From: an uncultured Chloroflexia bacterium
GTDB lineage: Bacteria; Chloroflexota; Anaerolineae; Anaerolineales; E44-bin32
Direction: 5' to 3'
Assembly (NCBI GenBank): GCA_963710255.1
Contig: CAVPZJ010000005.1
Coordinates: 265,439-329,438 of the forward strand
DNA length: 64,000 bases
Shown: one piece after another, positions 12,166-21,804 of the stretch
How the letters are laid out: each line of letters starts with the position of its first letter
Numbering within the stretch: position 1 is the stretch's first letter
The notes under the pieces: model-generated
Seen by the model: the letters and a program-made list of their open reading frames with translations, nothing else
Told to the model about the DNA's origin: nothing
The model's database searches: none
Position numbers and translations under genes: made by a program

Positions 12166-13138
12166 ATGGAAAGGGCGTTCTACCGTGAGGCCGCGTTTAA
12201 TCAACAGGCAAACCAGATTGAATCGGCGTTGACCCATCTCGCGCTGCCGGCGCGGGTAGCTGGCGGCGTGATTCGCGAGGATCGCGTGCGCTATCACCTG
12301 ACCCCGGCCGTCGGCGCGCAGCCGCTGCGAGTTCATCCAGCTCGCGGAAGATGTCGCCAATGCGATCGGGGTGGAGGAGCTGCGGATCGTGCGTGAAGCC
12401 GGCGAGCTGGCGATCGAGGTGCCGCTCAAGCACGCCTCGGATTTGCGCCTGCTGCCGCTGCTCCGGACCCTGCCGCGCTTGCAGCCGCTGTCGGCCCTGG
12501 TCGGCATGAGCCTCGATGGCAAGCCATTGGTGCTCGATCTTGCGCGCCAGCGCACCTGGCATGTGTTGATCCAGGCGCCGGCCGGCAGCGGGAAATCGGA
12601 ACTGCTGCGGACGCTGCTTCTCTCGCTTGGTTTATCCAGCCGTCCCGCGCAGGTCGGCTTCCTGGGGATCGATCCGGGCGGGCGCGAGCTGGCGCTGCTT
12701 GAGGCGCTTCCACATGCGTTGACGGACCTCGCCAGCGATGCCGGTTTTACCGAGGATTTGCTGCTCTGGCTGGCGGAGGAGATCGACCGTCGCCGGCTGA
12801 CCGGCGTGCAAAGCCCCCACATGATGCTCTTCATTGATGGGCTGGACGAGCTGCAGGCGCAGTTCGGGTCGGCCCTGCACGAGATGCTGTCACCGGTCCT
12901 GGCCCACGGGCAGGAAGCAGGCGTCCACCTCATCGCCAGCGCACGCCGCGCCGATTTGAACCAGGGTGATGCGCGCGGCGTGATGCGCGTGGATTGGCGT
13001 GAAGAGCAGGATGGGCGCGCGGGCCGCTTCTGCTTCCGGGCGGGGCTCGAAGCCGTCCTGGCTGATGTGGCCTGGATGGGTGCGCGCGAGCTGGATGAGG
13101 CTGTGCGCATGGTGCAGTCCGGCTGGCGCACAGGGTAA
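12166..13138 (+). CDS. Soluble FtsK/SpoIIIE-family P-loop ATPase (no TM, no gamma domain), one frame break
   Basis: RBS GGAGGTG, ATG at 12166. The N-terminal part aligns by eye with the FtsK alpha/beta start (RVRYHLTPAVGAQ-RCEFIQLAEDVANAIGVEELRIV). Walker A QAPAGSGKSELL, Walker B MMLFIDGLDEL, GVHLIASARR. Removing one C at 12322-12323 joins ORFs 12058-12396 and 12371-13138. Confidence 0.65.
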
Positions 13139-13195
13139 GAGGGTTGGCGCCAAACGGGAGCGAGGGAGCCGGGAAAGGTATGAGGTGAGGGTGAG

Positions 13196-13456
13196 ATGAG
13201 GGTGATCGAGACCAGCGAGCGCATACGGGTGCACCGCAGGGGTTTGGATGCCATCCCGCTCGAATTCAGCTGGCGCGGCCGCCGCTATGCGGTCAGGCGC
13301 ATCGAATGGATGCGGCAGGCGGGCGAGAGGGCGAGGAGCGGAAAGACGTATCAACTGCAAACAGTCCAGGGGCTCAAGTGCCGGGTCTCGCATGACGAGC
13401 AGGGTGATATCTGGCGGGTGGACCACATTCTGGGTCAGAGAGGAGGCATGCGATGA
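13196..13456 (+). CDS. Hypothetical 86-aa protein, second gene of the LexA-box operon
   Basis: RBS GAGGTGAGGG upstream. Intact ORF (…IPLEFSWRGRRYAVRRIEWMRQ…). I recognise no family. Confidence 0.5.
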   Translation: MRVIETSERIRVHRRGLDAIPLEFSWRGRRYAVRRIEWMRQAGERARSGKTYQLQTVQGLKCRVSHDEQGDIWRVDHILGQRGGMR

Positions 13457-13703
13457 ACGTCGGAATGTTGTGGTTGGATGAGGATCGAGGGCAACACGCT
13501 TTCGGTCCGGGTGGGACAGGCAGCTGAATACTACAGCCGAGAAGTACGGCACCAGGCCGAATACATGCGTGGTGCATCCGAAAACATTCGACGGGGAAGA
13601 CGTCGTTGGGCCGCAGGGCATGAACGTGCGCTCGAGCACAACAGTGCTTCCAGGGCACTTCTGGCTCGGGATAGATGAAGGCGGCTCTGAACCAGTGAAG
13701 TAA
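13453..13703 (+). CDS. Hypothetical ~83-aa protein, third gene, reconstructed across two frame breaks
   Basis: ATG 13453 overlaps the previous stop (ATGA), with RBS GAGAGGAGG. Stitched reading: MNVGMLWLDEDRG / NTLSVRVGQAAEYYSR / KYGTRPNTCVVHPKTFDGEDVVGPQGMNVRSSTTVLPGHFWLGIDE..., stop TAA at 13701-13703. The ORF track shows only 13478-13678. Confidence 0.4.
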
Positions 13704-13833
13704 AGCCGGACGAGGCGCGCTTGCAGTCGTCGGGCAAGGGACGCGTCATCGATGCCACCAGGCGGGGCGTAGCGGCTTTAACGAGGCTTAGGGGGGATGG
13801 GATCGAGGAACAAACGAGGAAAAGGGTCGTTAA

Positions 13834-14825
13834 TCAGGCAGGGGCGAGGGCTCCCACCAGGCGGTCCAGTGCCGTGTTCAAATCGACCTGGCTCGTCTTA
13901 ACTCCGATGTCGGTTCGCAGCAGATCATGGTAGATGAGGTCCAGGTCGGAGGCGGAGAACGTCCTGGCCTGGGAAGCCAGGCGCTTGACCAGGAACGCTG
14001 GAAGCGAAATAACCTGAGCCGGATCGGAGCCGTGGTCGATTGCCTCCCGCACCAGGATGAGCAGCCGGAACTGGCGGACGATCATGGCGAAGACATAACG
14101 GGGATCGTAATCGTCCAGCAGGCGGGCAAGCTGAATTTGTGCCTGCCGGGCCTGCCGCTGGGCAAGCGACATCGACGAATTCGAAAATGTCACCCTGTCC
14201 CCGGTATGGGGTCAGGAGCTCGATATCCCCGAGCTTGATCGCACGCTCGAAATCGACGTAGTCAAGAAGTTTGCGGAGCTCAAGATCGGCCAGGTAGGCA
14301 TCATCGGCCACCCAGTCGGCCAGGAGTTGCGCCGCATCCGGATCGATTTCACCACCGAGTTCACGGGCGTGATCCAGGATCCAGCGGACGAACTCAGGTC
14401 CACGTGGACTGGCCAAGAAGCGTACGTAACTTTTATCGGGATGTTCTTCCGCCCATTTCCGCAGCCAGGTCCGCCGCCAGGAATCGCGCGACCGGCGCGG
14501 GGGCTGGAGCTGTTCGATGCAGAGCAGGGCAGTGCTGGCCGGGAGCGATAGTGAGCATGGCCTGCATGCCTTCGACGAAGGCACTGCGCTTCGGCAGGTT
14601 TTGTGCCCGATCGACGATGACCAGCCGGCGCTCAGCCAGGAAGGGCATCTGGGAGCAGATCGTCTGCAGCTCATTCAGCTCGAGCTTGTCGCCCTCGAAA
14701 CGCTGGCGGTTCATCGCCACCGTCGAAGCATCCCCCAGCTTCTCGCTCAGCGTGGAGATAAACGCCTCCATGGCGAAGGAATCATCCCCGTACAGCAGGT
14801 AGAGCGAGGGTGCCTCTTCAGTCAT
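13834..14825 (-). CDS. holA: DNA polymerase III delta subunit, frame broken twice
   Basis: ORFs 14433-14825 (SLYLLYGDDSFAMEAF..., PFLAERRLVIV), 13925-14674 and 13834-14193 (YVFAMIVRQFRLLILVRE...) tile one HolA. Breaks are near 14530 and 14190. Confidence 0.8.
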
Positions 14826-15343
14826 CTTATGACCGCGTCAGCACACGGTGCAGGGTCATCCCCGCACCCTCGATCCGCTTCACCGGATAACACGCGCAGG
14901 TTGGCCGGGTCGCCATCTGTCGTGAGCTTCTCCTGTGCAAGCGTGCCCAGTGGCCGGGCGATGATCAATGCCAGGATGACATTGGCGACGGCGAGCGGGA
15001 ATCGCTCGAGCCGGCGGCGCCATCCTTTTCCTTCACTTCCCATGAACGTGAGCAAGGTTGCGCCACTGGCCAGCATGGCCGAGGTGACCAGGTTTGTTCC
15101 GCAGTTCGGGTGGATCGCGAGGGCACGCTCTCCCGCCCGCAGGCGTTCGAGGGCTTTGTTTGTGAACTCGGTCAAGGTGTCTGTATCGACCGCACCGTAA
15201 AGCAGGAAGCCATGAATATCTGACCGGCCGATGAAGGTGCGGTCGGGGTAGCTCCGGCTCAACAGGTGAATTGTGGCATGCTCGAGCCCGTGGTTCCGGC
15301 GAATGCTGGCGAGCGGGTACCTTCCAAGCAGGGATTGCAGCAC
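14822..15343 (-). CDS. Conserved hypothetical protein (RRNHGLEHAT and IHPNCGTN motifs)
   Basis: 173-aa ORF. The C-terminus is probably shifted: the alternative frame reads ...YPVKRIEGAGMTLHRVLTRS with stop at 14827-14829. No family name I can support. Confidence 0.45.
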   Translation of the reverse strand: MLQSLLGRYPLASIRRNHGLEHATIHLLSRSYPDRTFIGRSDIHGFLLYGAVDTDTLTEFTNKALERLRAGERALAIHPNCGTNLVTSAMLASGATLLTFMGSEGKGWRRRLERFPLAVANVILALIIARPLGTLAQEKLTTDGDPANLRVLSGEADRGCGDDPAPCADAVIR

Positions 15344-15412
15344 AGGCTGCCTCCAAATTCTCTATGTACGCGATTATACCCAGCCTTGCTGGCTGCCGCA
15401 GATGTGGCTGAC

Positions 15413-16456
15413 TTACGAAGGGATGGCGTTGATCGCATGCGAAGGGAGCGGGCCCGGAAACAATAAGGTTTCTTGTGGCAGGTTGATCCCGATCGCTTCA
15501 AGCAAGCGGTCAAGTTCCTCCAGGGTTGTGCAGCGCAGGATGGGTGTGAGTGCCTGCGGGGAGACCTGGAGCGGTGCCAGGTAGCGCTTTAAATGCTTGC
15601 GAAACCTGAGAAGACCTTCTTCATACCCGTGAAAATCAAGCATGCGGATGAGGTGTGTGCCGACCACCAGGGAAAGCTCATCGATGGGGACGTCCTCGGG
15701 CACCTGGTCCCTGAAAATCCATGGGTTGCCCATGGCAGCCCGGCCAATCATGACACCGTCACAGGAGGTTACGGCAAGCATCCGCCGGGCATCCTCCGGC
15801 GTCTGCACATCTCCGTTACCGATAACCGGAATGCGGATGGCCGATTTGATCTCGGCGATCGCCTGCCAGTCCGCCTCGCCCCGGAACCCCTGCTGGCGGG
15901 TCCTGGCGTGGACCGCCAAAAGCGATGCGCCGGCTCGCTCGATGGCTTGCGCCACCTGCATGTAATTTCGATCCAGGTCATCCCAACCGAGCCGGATCTT
16001 GGCCGTAATGGGGAGATCCAGCTCGCTCACAAGACTGCTCACAATGCGTTCGATCTTGCCCGGTTCACGCAGGAGGCCAGCCCCAGCCCCCCGTCCCGAG
16101 ACGCTGCGCACGGAGCAGCCCATGTTGACGTCGATGGCGTCAGGCTCGAGTGCGCGGATGGCGTGCGCGGCCTGAAGCAGCCGTTCTTCATCACTGTCAT
16201 AAATCTGGAAGATGACCGGGCGTTCGTGTTCCATGTAACGGAGGGTATGCCAGGCGGCGTCCGCGCCCTGCAGGATGTCGATGGCGTTCACGAATGCGGT
16301 ATAGCTGATCGAGGAGCCAAACTCCCGGCAGAGAGATCGAAACGGTAGATCGGAGAATCCGTCCATTGGGGCCAGAATCAATTCCCCGTTGACAGGGATA
16401 TCGCCAATATAAAAGGAAGCAGTTTCACCAAGCATGGCTGGAGTTATACCGGACAT
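15413..16456 (-). CDS. dus: tRNA-dihydrouridine synthase
   Basis: LILAPMDGFSDLPFR, DVNMGCS, FMN-binding TIM-barrel pattern, intact 347-aa ORF. Confidence 0.85.
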   Translation of the reverse strand: MSGITPAMLGETASFYIGDIPVNGELILAPMDGFSDLPFRSLCREFGSSISYTAFVNAIDILQGADAAWHTLRYMEHERPVIFQIYDSDEERLLQAAHAIRALEPDAIDVNMGCSVRSVSGRGAGAGLLREPGKIERIVSSLVSELDLPITAKIRLGWDDLDRNYMQVAQAIERAGASLLAVHARTRQQGFRGEADWQAIAEIKSAIRIPVIGNGDVQTPEDARRMLAVTSCDGVMIGRAAMGNPWIFRDQVPEDVPIDELSLVVGTHLIRMLDFHGYEEGLLRFRKHLKRYLAPLQVSPQALTPILRCTTLEELDRLLEAIGINLPQETLLFPGPLPSHAINAIPS

Positions 16457-16527
16457 GGTCTGGTGGGGTCAAGCACGTGATGCTCCCCAGGTTGTGAAGC
16501 CTGCCGCGCTGTAGGTACAATGATGGG

Positions 16528-17532
16528 ATGGGCTGGAAGATGATAGGGCACGATTGGGCAGTCGACCTGCTCCAGGGGCACATCAGCCGGGGCCAGGTCC
16601 GCCATGCTTACCTGATCACGGGTGCGGACGGTATCGGGAAGCGAGCGCTCGGCCTGCGCTTTGCGCAGGCACTTTTCTGCACGGGGGCAAGCTCCCCGGG
16701 TGAAATATGTGGAGCCTGTCGTGCATGCCGCGCGATTGAGGAAATGGCCTTCCCGGATTTGCATCTGGTAGCTCCGGACACTCCGGGAGGGACGATCAAG
16801 GTTGAGCAAGTTCGAGAACTGCAGGGCCAGCTCGCGCTCAAACCGTTCGAAGGCAGATGGCGCGTGGCCCTGTGTTTGGAGTTCCATGACGCCAATGACA
16901 GCGCGGCGAACGCGCTCCTGAAGACGCTCGAGGAGCCTGCCTCGAGCGTGGTGCTTGTCCTGACAGCCCGATCGGCCGAGGCTCTTCTGCCGACGATTGT
17001 TTCACGTTGTGAAGTCATACCGCTGCGCCAGGTGGCTGAAGCAACGATTTACAACGCACTCCTTTCAAAAGGAGCAGCCGAAGAGCAGGCGAGGCTTATC
17101 GCCCATCTGGCGGACGGCAGGCCGGAGTGGGCGTTCGCGGCGGAGGCGGATGCGGAACAGTTAACCAGGAGAACGCAATGGCTGGATGACATGTTCAGCC
17201 TGCTGCAGGAGACGTTGGCTGGGCGTTTCGCGTACCTGGATACGATGCTGGAAGATGAAGATTCTCAGAGCCAGCGTGCCCTGGCCCTGGAAGCCCTGGA
17301 GCACTGGTCGAGCTTGTGGCGCGATGCGCTCCTGCGAGGTCATGGGGCGGAAGGGGTGGCGCCGCGCAACATCGATCGGGTCAAAGACCTGGATGCGATA
17401 CTTGCGACCGTCGGCGTTGACACGATTGGCCAGATCCTGCGCGAGGCGGAGGCGGTGCGCGGTGCAATCCAACAAAACGCGAACGTGCGCCTGGCATTGG
17501 AGAACTGGTTTCTAGATTTACCGCACGGGTAG
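16528..17532 (+). CDS. holB: DNA polymerase III delta' subunit
   Basis: HAYLITGADGIGKRALGLRFAQALFC, zinc-module-like CGACRACRAI, SRCEVIPL sensor motif. The start could instead be M at 16540. Confidence 0.85.
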   Translation: MGWKMIGHDWAVDLLQGHISRGQVRHAYLITGADGIGKRALGLRFAQALFCTGASSPGEICGACRACRAIEEMAFPDLHLVAPDTPGGTIKVEQVRELQGQLALKPFEGRWRVALCLEFHDANDSAANALLKTLEEPASSVVLVLTARSAEALLPTIVSRCEVIPLRQVAEATIYNALLSKGAAEEQARLIAHLADGRPEWAFAAEADAEQLTRRTQWLDDMFSLLQETLAGRFAYLDTMLEDEDSQSQRALALEALEHWSSLWRDALLRGHGAEGVAPRNIDRVKDLDAILATVGVDTIGQILREAEAVRGAIQQNANVRLALENWFLDLPHG

Positions 17533-17610
17533 GCGCTCAACATTCAGGCCGGGGGTCGTGGACTCGTGGCGGTGTGACCGTGGGGGTTGAAGAGCTAGCG
17601 GCGTTGCGTC

Positions 17611-17871
17611 TCAGCGGGGCTCGACCACCAGGCGGATGGCAGTTCTTTCCTTGCCATTGATATCGACCGTCGTAAATTCGGGCAGGCAAGCCACGTCGAT
17701 GCCGTCTTCCTGCAGGTAGCCACGTGCGATGGCGACGGCCTTGACAGCTTGATTGACCGCACCAGCCCCGATCGCCTGCACCTCAGCTCGACCGTGTTCG
17801 CGGACAACCCCTGCAATCGCACCCGCCACAGCCGAGGTGCGAGACTCGGAAGAGACCTTGATGATGTTCAT
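17611..17871 (-). CDS. spoVS: SpoVS family protein
   Basis: MNIIKVSSESRTSAVAGAIAGVVREHGRAEVQAIGAGAVNQAVKAVAIARGYL... gives a typical 86-aa SpoVS. The upstream extension in the ORF track is unlikely. Confidence 0.85.
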   Translation of the reverse strand: MNIIKVSSESRTSAVAGAIAGVVREHGRAEVQAIGAGAVNQAVKAVAIARGYLQEDGIDVACLPEFTTVDINGKERTAIRLVVEPR

Positions 17872-18108
17872 CCGGCTCACTCCAATGGCGGATCGATAGT
17901 CGGCAGCCGACTTCGATCTAAATCGAGAGGATTGTACAGGAAGGGAAACTCGCAAGCAAATGGATGATCACATCGAAATCAAATCTTCGGGGTTATGGTA
18001 TGTGGGAAACAGGAGTACACTTGTCTGAAGTTGGTATTCTTGGTGGAAATTGCCAGGGATGTCCACATCCAATAACCAAGCGAGCAGAGAGCTCCAGGAG
18101 GAATTTTA

Positions 18109-18435
18109 ATGGAAGAACAACCGCAAGTTAGCAGTGACGATAAGTTGTGGGCAGCACTCGGATATCCGATCCCGATCATTCCCTTGATCGTGCTCCTCTC
18201 CGAGGAGAAGAAGGGCGTTCCCTTCTTGCGCTACCATGCAGTCCAATCCTTGATGCTGAACGTCGCGATCTGGGTTCTCATCGCCATCGTCGTGCCATTG
18301 ACTCTGGGATTTGGCGCAATTTGCGCACCATTGCTCTGGCTGGTGACCCTGTGGCCTGCCTACGATTCCTACCAGGGCCGGTTCACCGTGCTGCCGGTCT
18401 TGACTGATTTTATGAAGAAGCAAGGCTGGGCGTAG
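18109..18435 (+). CDS. Small membrane protein (DUF4870-like)
   Basis: RBS AGGAGG upstream, three predicted TM helices, LWAALGYPIPIIPLIVLL...YHAVQSLMLNV pattern. Confidence 0.5.
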   Translation: MEEQPQVSSDDKLWAALGYPIPIIPLIVLLSEEKKGVPFLRYHAVQSLMLNVAIWVLIAIVVPLTLGFGAICAPLLWLVTLWPAYDSYQGRFTVLPVLTDFMKKQGWA

Positions 18436-18450
18436 GGGTTTCTTTCAAGC

Positions 18451-18479
18451 AGATGAGCCCGCTATCAGCGGGCTCATCT
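18451..18479. terminator. Hairpin between convergent genes
   Basis: AGATGAGCCCGC-tatca-GCGGGCTCATCT, a perfect 12-bp stem, followed by a weak T tract (cgttt). Confidence 0.55.
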
Positions 18480-18540
18480 CGTTTAAGCATGACCTGGCCC
18501 GGGTATTCCCGGCCGGGACGAGCAGCAGCTGCAAGCGCCC

Positions 18541-19242
18541 TTAACCTGGATCCTCGCCGTTGGCGCGTGCGACCTCCTCTGCCCCGAAGATTACTTCCTC
18601 CTTGCCTGCCAGCTTCTCGTGAATTTTCGCGACGACCAGGTCGAGATGGCTCGGATGGGCGACATAGTCCAGGTCGTCGGCGGGCACGGAGAGGATCGGG
18701 CAGAGTTTGAAACGCTCGACCCAGGCGTCGTACAGGTCGTTCAAGCGCCTTAGGTATTCGGGTTGAATTTGGCGTTCATAATCCCGGCCGCGATGGGCGA
18801 TCCGCTCCTGCAGCGTCTCCACCGATGCCCGCAGGTAGACGACCAGGTCTGGGGGAGGCAGGAACCTGGAAAGCACCAGGTAGAGTTCGCGGTAGGTCTG
18901 GTAATCACGTTCCTGCATGTGGCCTTGGAGCCGGAGGTTGTACGCGAAAATCTCCGCATCCTCGTAGACGCTGCGGTCCTGGATGGCGGAGGTAGGGTGA
19001 TCGAGCAGCTGCCGGTGGGCGAGCAGGCGCCTGGTCAGGAAAAATATCTGGGAATGGAAGGACCAGGTTGGCATGTCTGCATAGAAATCCGCCAGGTAGG
19101 GGTTTTCACCAACAGGCTCATAAAACGGTGACCACCCCAGGCGTTTAGAAAGCAGATCGACGAGCGTCGATTTCCCAACCCCAATGTTTCCGGCGACGGC
19201 AACAAATCTCTTCGCCCCATCCCCGCGCTCGATTTCGTTCAT
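18541..19242 (-). CDS. Deoxynucleoside kinase (dAK/dCK-like)
   Basis: P-loop AGNIGVGKSTL, FYEPVGENPYLADFY, DRSVYED motifs. ATG 19242 overlaps the upstream stop (ATGA). Confidence 0.8.
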   Translation of the reverse strand: MNEIERGDGAKRFVAVAGNIGVGKSTLVDLLSKRLGWSPFYEPVGENPYLADFYADMPTWSFHSQIFFLTRRLLAHRQLLDHPTSAIQDRSVYEDAEIFAYNLRLQGHMQERDYQTYRELYLVLSRFLPPPDLVVYLRASVETLQERIAHRGRDYERQIQPEYLRRLNDLYDAWVERFKLCPILSVPADDLDYVAHPSHLDLVVAKIHEKLAGKEEVIFGAEEVARANGEDPG

Positions 19243-20231
19243 GCCCCATGCCTCACAGACCATTCGTCAATCCAGGATTGGTTCGAGTCGATGAACGAAC
19301 CTAGTTCTGCCATGCGGCTTGCATGCCAGGACCTTGAGAGCTGAAGGGTGTCGAGCAAGCTATCCCAAACCTGGACGAGTTCACCATCCGATCCCGTGCT
19401 GTCAAGGGCATAGGATGCGGTTTCCCACGTCTGAAGGAGAGGCCAGAGCAGGGCCTTGTCCTGGCCCTGCTCGGCGAGCTCCTGGAAGGCATTCAAGAAG
19501 TAATCCCGGCGCGGCGAGGTGAGCATCTCATCAAGGGCCAACCGGGACCCAGCATCGAAGGACTTTGCCCAGCTCGAAAGCAGTTCGGACATCGACGAGG
19601 CGTGCAGGTGGGGCGCTCCGAGCAGATTCAGGAAGCGTCCCCACAAGTCCGTGTAATCAAGGGCCTGGGCCGCGGCCGCTAGATGCATCCCTACCTGGCG
19701 GCCGGCGACCGGGAAACCGGTGAGGGAAGCGACGGCGTTGGCGGAGTTCATCAGAGCCTGGAGGTAGACCTTGACCCAGCGACTCGAGAGCGGAAGGAGG
19801 GAAGCAGCCTGCACCGCCTTGCGCTGAAAGGCAAGCGAGCGTGCGAGCATATGATCCGGCCGGTAGTATTGGCCGCGCGCCCCGGCTTGAGCCCACTCGA
19901 AGAAATGCTCTGGATCATAGAGGAAGATGGGTTCACACAGCGCAGGACCCAACCACGGATCCGTCCGCAGTTCACTCGGCTTGGCATAGCGCTCCCGAGC
20001 ATGGTGGGCGATGTCGAGATGGACCTGGTATGAGAGGCGTACCACTTCACGCGATTTCACAGGTGGTTGATCGTGGATGAGGACGAGATCGATGTCGGCA
20101 GTCCCGCCGACTTGCGGATCTCCCCTGGCAACCGAACCGATCAGGTAGCCTGAGATCACATCCGACGTCTCGCCGCGTTCGATCGCTTCGCGCTCTGCCA
20201 GCTCGATGAGAAGTTGGCGTTCGATTTTCAC
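19239..20231 (-). CDS. Nucleotidyltransferase-fold (Pol-beta superfamily) protein with helical C-terminal domain
   Basis: GYLIGSVARGDPQVGGTADIDLVLI, i.e. GS-x11-DxD. GTG start overlaps the stop of the upstream kinase (GTGA). Confidence 0.6.
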   Translation of the reverse strand: MKIERQLLIELAEREAIERGETSDVISGYLIGSVARGDPQVGGTADIDLVLIHDQPPVKSREVVRLSYQVHLDIAHHARERYAKPSELRTDPWLGPALCEPIFLYDPEHFFEWAQAGARGQYYRPDHMLARSLAFQRKAVQAASLLPLSSRWVKVYLQALMNSANAVASLTGFPVAGRQVGMHLAAAAQALDYTDLWGRFLNLLGAPHLHASSMSELLSSWAKSFDAGSRLALDEMLTSPRRDYFLNAFQELAEQGQDKALLWPLLQTWETASYALDSTGSDGELVQVWDSLLDTLQLSRSWHASRMAELGSFIDSNQSWIDEWSVRHGA

Positions 20232-20869
20232 TTCCCATCATCCCGGAGTGGGAGGGCTGGTTGATAGGGAGGAATGGCCAAGCGGGCGCGCACACGCTGA
20301 AGGATGCTTTCGAGATCTTCCCGATTGGCGACGAAATCGATTTGGCTGCTCTCGATCGTCAGCACTCCAGCGTCATCCCGATCACCGAAGAAAGCCTGGT
20401 AGGCCTGGTTCAACGCCTCGATATAGCCGCGGTCCATGTCGCGCTCGTAAGCCCGGTCACGGGCAGCGATGCGGCGCATGGCGACATCGGTTTCGACTTT
20501 CAAGTACAGGATCAGGTCTGGTTTCTGGAGCCGCTCTGCAAGCGCTTCATGCACCTGGTTATACGTGGTGAGTTCGTCGTTTTGCAGGTTCAAACGGGCG
20601 AAAAGGGCGTCTTTCTCGAAGGTGTAGTCGGTGATCAAGCTGCCTGAATCGAGCGCAGAAGGGATGGTTTTTCGCTGCTGGTGGTAGCGGCTGAGCAGGA
20701 AAAAAACCTGCGTTTGAAAAGCGTAGCGTTCCCGGTCGCCGTAAAAATTGCTGAGGAATGGGTTCTCCTCGAAGATTTCAAGCACAAGCTGCGCTTCGAG
20801 TTCCGGCGCAAGGAGCTTTGCGAGTGATGTTTTCCCAACGCCGATGACGCCTTCGATAGCCAGGTACAT
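20228..20869 (-). CDS. Deoxynucleoside kinase (dGK-like)
   Basis: P-loop EGVIGVGKTSL, EENPFLSNFY, ITDYTFEKD and RAYERDM motifs. Confidence 0.8.
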   Translation of the reverse strand: MYLAIEGVIGVGKTSLAKLLAPELEAQLVLEIFEENPFLSNFYGDRERYAFQTQVFFLLSRYHQQRKTIPSALDSGSLITDYTFEKDALFARLNLQNDELTTYNQVHEALAERLQKPDLILYLKVETDVAMRRIAARDRAYERDMDRGYIEALNQAYQAFFGDRDDAGVLTIESSQIDFVANREDLESILQRVRARLAIPPYQPALPLRDDGK

Positions 20870-20961
20870 GCCGGGACCCCGCTGCTTTGAGGATGGTTAA
20901 TGCTCGATGGGCAAGGATACATTCGTGGCGGTACTTGTGCAAACGAACAACCCGCACAGCG

Positions 20962-21790
20962 CTAGGGTTCGTATCGGAATTGCAAGCAATAGTGATGGTG
21001 GATATTGCTGACCCATGCGTTCCCCATCCCGTAGGGGGCAAGCGGGATGTTGTCCTGGACCCAGATGCGTTCGTCCTTGAGCGTGTAGTGGTCACGCAAC
21101 CTATGGGCCAGGTCCCAGGCCAGAGGATAAATTCGCCCGCCCTTTTTGACATTTTTCACGATGATGGTGAGGTACGCACGCGGTTTTAGGTGCCTGCTCA
21201 GGCCGGCGTAAATGTTCACCAGCGCATCGAGGAAATCGATCGTAATCGTGCATGTTGCCCAGATCGGCAGGGTGCTCGGAGTACGTTACGTCCAGTTCGG
21301 GGGCAGCGCGCCGGCGGTGTTGGGTTTCTGCCCCCTGAGCGTGAAGCATATCCCAATACGGGGGTGAAGTGAGTACGTAATCGATGGGTGGAAGTTCCAT
21401 CCCGGCAATTTCAGCCGCGTTGCCTTCGATGACCTCCAGGCGGGGCAACTCGCCGTGCGTCTCGTGTGCAGCACGCTCGTCTTCCAGGATTTGACGGGCA
21501 ATCGAGGCATAGGCCGGGTTGAGCTCCACGCCGAGGCCGTTGCGGCCGGAGCGGAGGCACGCCAACAGGGTTGACCCGGTGCCAACCATCGGGTCAAGCA
21601 CCATCCCCCCGCGTTTGGTAAAAAACTCGATGAAGGACTGCGCCATGGTTTCCGGGAACTTCGCTGGATGCCGCAGGACATCCTTGCGACGGGGGGGAGG
21701 GTTGTGCATGAACCAGGATTTCTGGAACTTTATCCACTCCTTGGTGGATAAATCGTTAAGGCGGTTGTTGAACGGGCGTTTTCTGGCCAT
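20962..21790 (-). CDS. DNA methyltransferase (N4/N6 type, SPPY motif), one frame break
   Basis: HPAKFPETMAQSFIEFFTKRGGMVLDPMVGTGSTLLA (AdoMet motif I region) precedes LTSPPYWD (motif IV). ORFs 21101-21790 and 20962-21219 join near 21232 (DYD-FLDALVNIYAGL). Confidence 0.75.
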
Positions 21791-21804
21791 GGAGGTTCCG
21801 ATCG

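Noticed and set aside
12124-13254. 376-aa ORF antisense to the FtsK-like gene
   Set aside because: The sequence is Ser/Arg/Pro-rich and low-complexity. The plus-strand reading has Walker motifs, RBSs and a promoter.
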